A program made the translations under genes and the position numbers. Below are positions 63,421-64,000 of a stretch of DNA of 64,000 nucleotides, in pieces. Origin of the DNA: Epiperipatus broadwayi (taxonomy: Eukaryota > Animalia > Onychophora); NCBI GenBank assembly GCA_028023455.1, contig JAQFVV010000007.1:15934001-15998000 (forward strand), read 5' to 3'. The stretch's first letter is position 1. Every line of letters starts with the position of its first letter. The notes under the pieces were generated by a model. The model ran no database searches and was not told the DNA's origin. It saw only the letters and a program-made list of their open reading frames with translations.

Positions 63421-64000
63421 TGGGTAAATTTAACATGTCAATTAAACAAGTCATAAACTTGTGTTGATATGATATTAGCTTGCTTGTAATTCTGTTTCAA
63501 GCATTACAATTGTTTTTCTTGCCATTTCTGTAAACGGAAACATAATTTCACATTATTCAAACTTTTCAGTCATTATAAAAATTGACAAATATGCAAAACG
63601 CCTTTTACAAAGTAATGTGCTATGTGGCAATACTATTCTACAGGCCAATATCATTTGGCTTATTGATGTAGAACAATTTGTGCAAGAAATATGTACCGGC
63701 ACACAAACCAGAGAATGATTCAGGTTATTTTTGGGTCCCCCCTCTTATGCAATAATAACTATCGTACAATAAGGCTCAATTCAAGAAACAATGTTGTAAA
63801 GCTCATTTTCCCTCTCCTAGAGTTATTACAATATTTATTTACAAGAGGAAATGATAAATATATTAATGTTTGTCATGATAAAAAGAGCCATATCAAAGAG
63901 TCACATGTGGCTTGCGAGCTGCTGTTTGCTGACCCCTGCTATATACAAATGATTTTTATACGTAATTATAAAACATGTACTTTAATGTAAGTATATGACT

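Noticed and set aside
907-63990. Most 60-110 aa ORFs in the supplied track
   Set aside because: Low-complexity F/I/L/K/Y/N-rich translations typical of AT-rich noncoding DNA, or antisense shadows of LINE/RTE relics. Only the LINE, mariner and Eph-overlapping ORFs carry recognisable motifs.
60439-64000. Next kinase exon (G-E-F-G-D-V)
   Set aside because: No matching exon with splice sites was recognised; it is presumed to lie beyond the window.

Overview
AT-rich, CpG-depleted animal genomic DNA, probably from a non-insect arthropod (inferred from the Eph juxtamembrane sequence and the TE content). The window holds the middle of one Eph receptor tyrosine kinase gene on the + strand. Eight GT-AG exons at 39280-60438 splice in frame and encode the Cys-rich/EGF-like region, two FN3 domains, the TM helix, the juxtamembrane [10 protein letters not shown] motif and the start of the kinase. 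No ligand-binding-domain exon was found in 1-39279, so that stretch is probably one very large intron. The introns carry one near-full-length decayed non-LTR retrotransposon (ORF1 PHD + coiled coil + SGNH esterase; ORF2 APE-RT-CCHC; RTE-X-like) and four 3' fragments of it. They also carry two RTE relics, a mariner relic, two tRNA-derived SINE families and several foldback/MITE families. Most notable: (1) inverted LINE copies bracket either the EGF/FN3 exons or the FN3-end/TM exons and could pair competitively in the pre-mRNA; (2) the TM exon has three in-frame acceptors below a QKI/How-like element; (3) there is a 42-nt symmetric juxtamembrane cassette exon; (4) a foldback family has arms that co-vary within copies; (5) a locally templated, order-permuted insertion sits inside a MITE. 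No prokaryote-type system (CRISPR, operon) is present. Identity estimates were made by eye.
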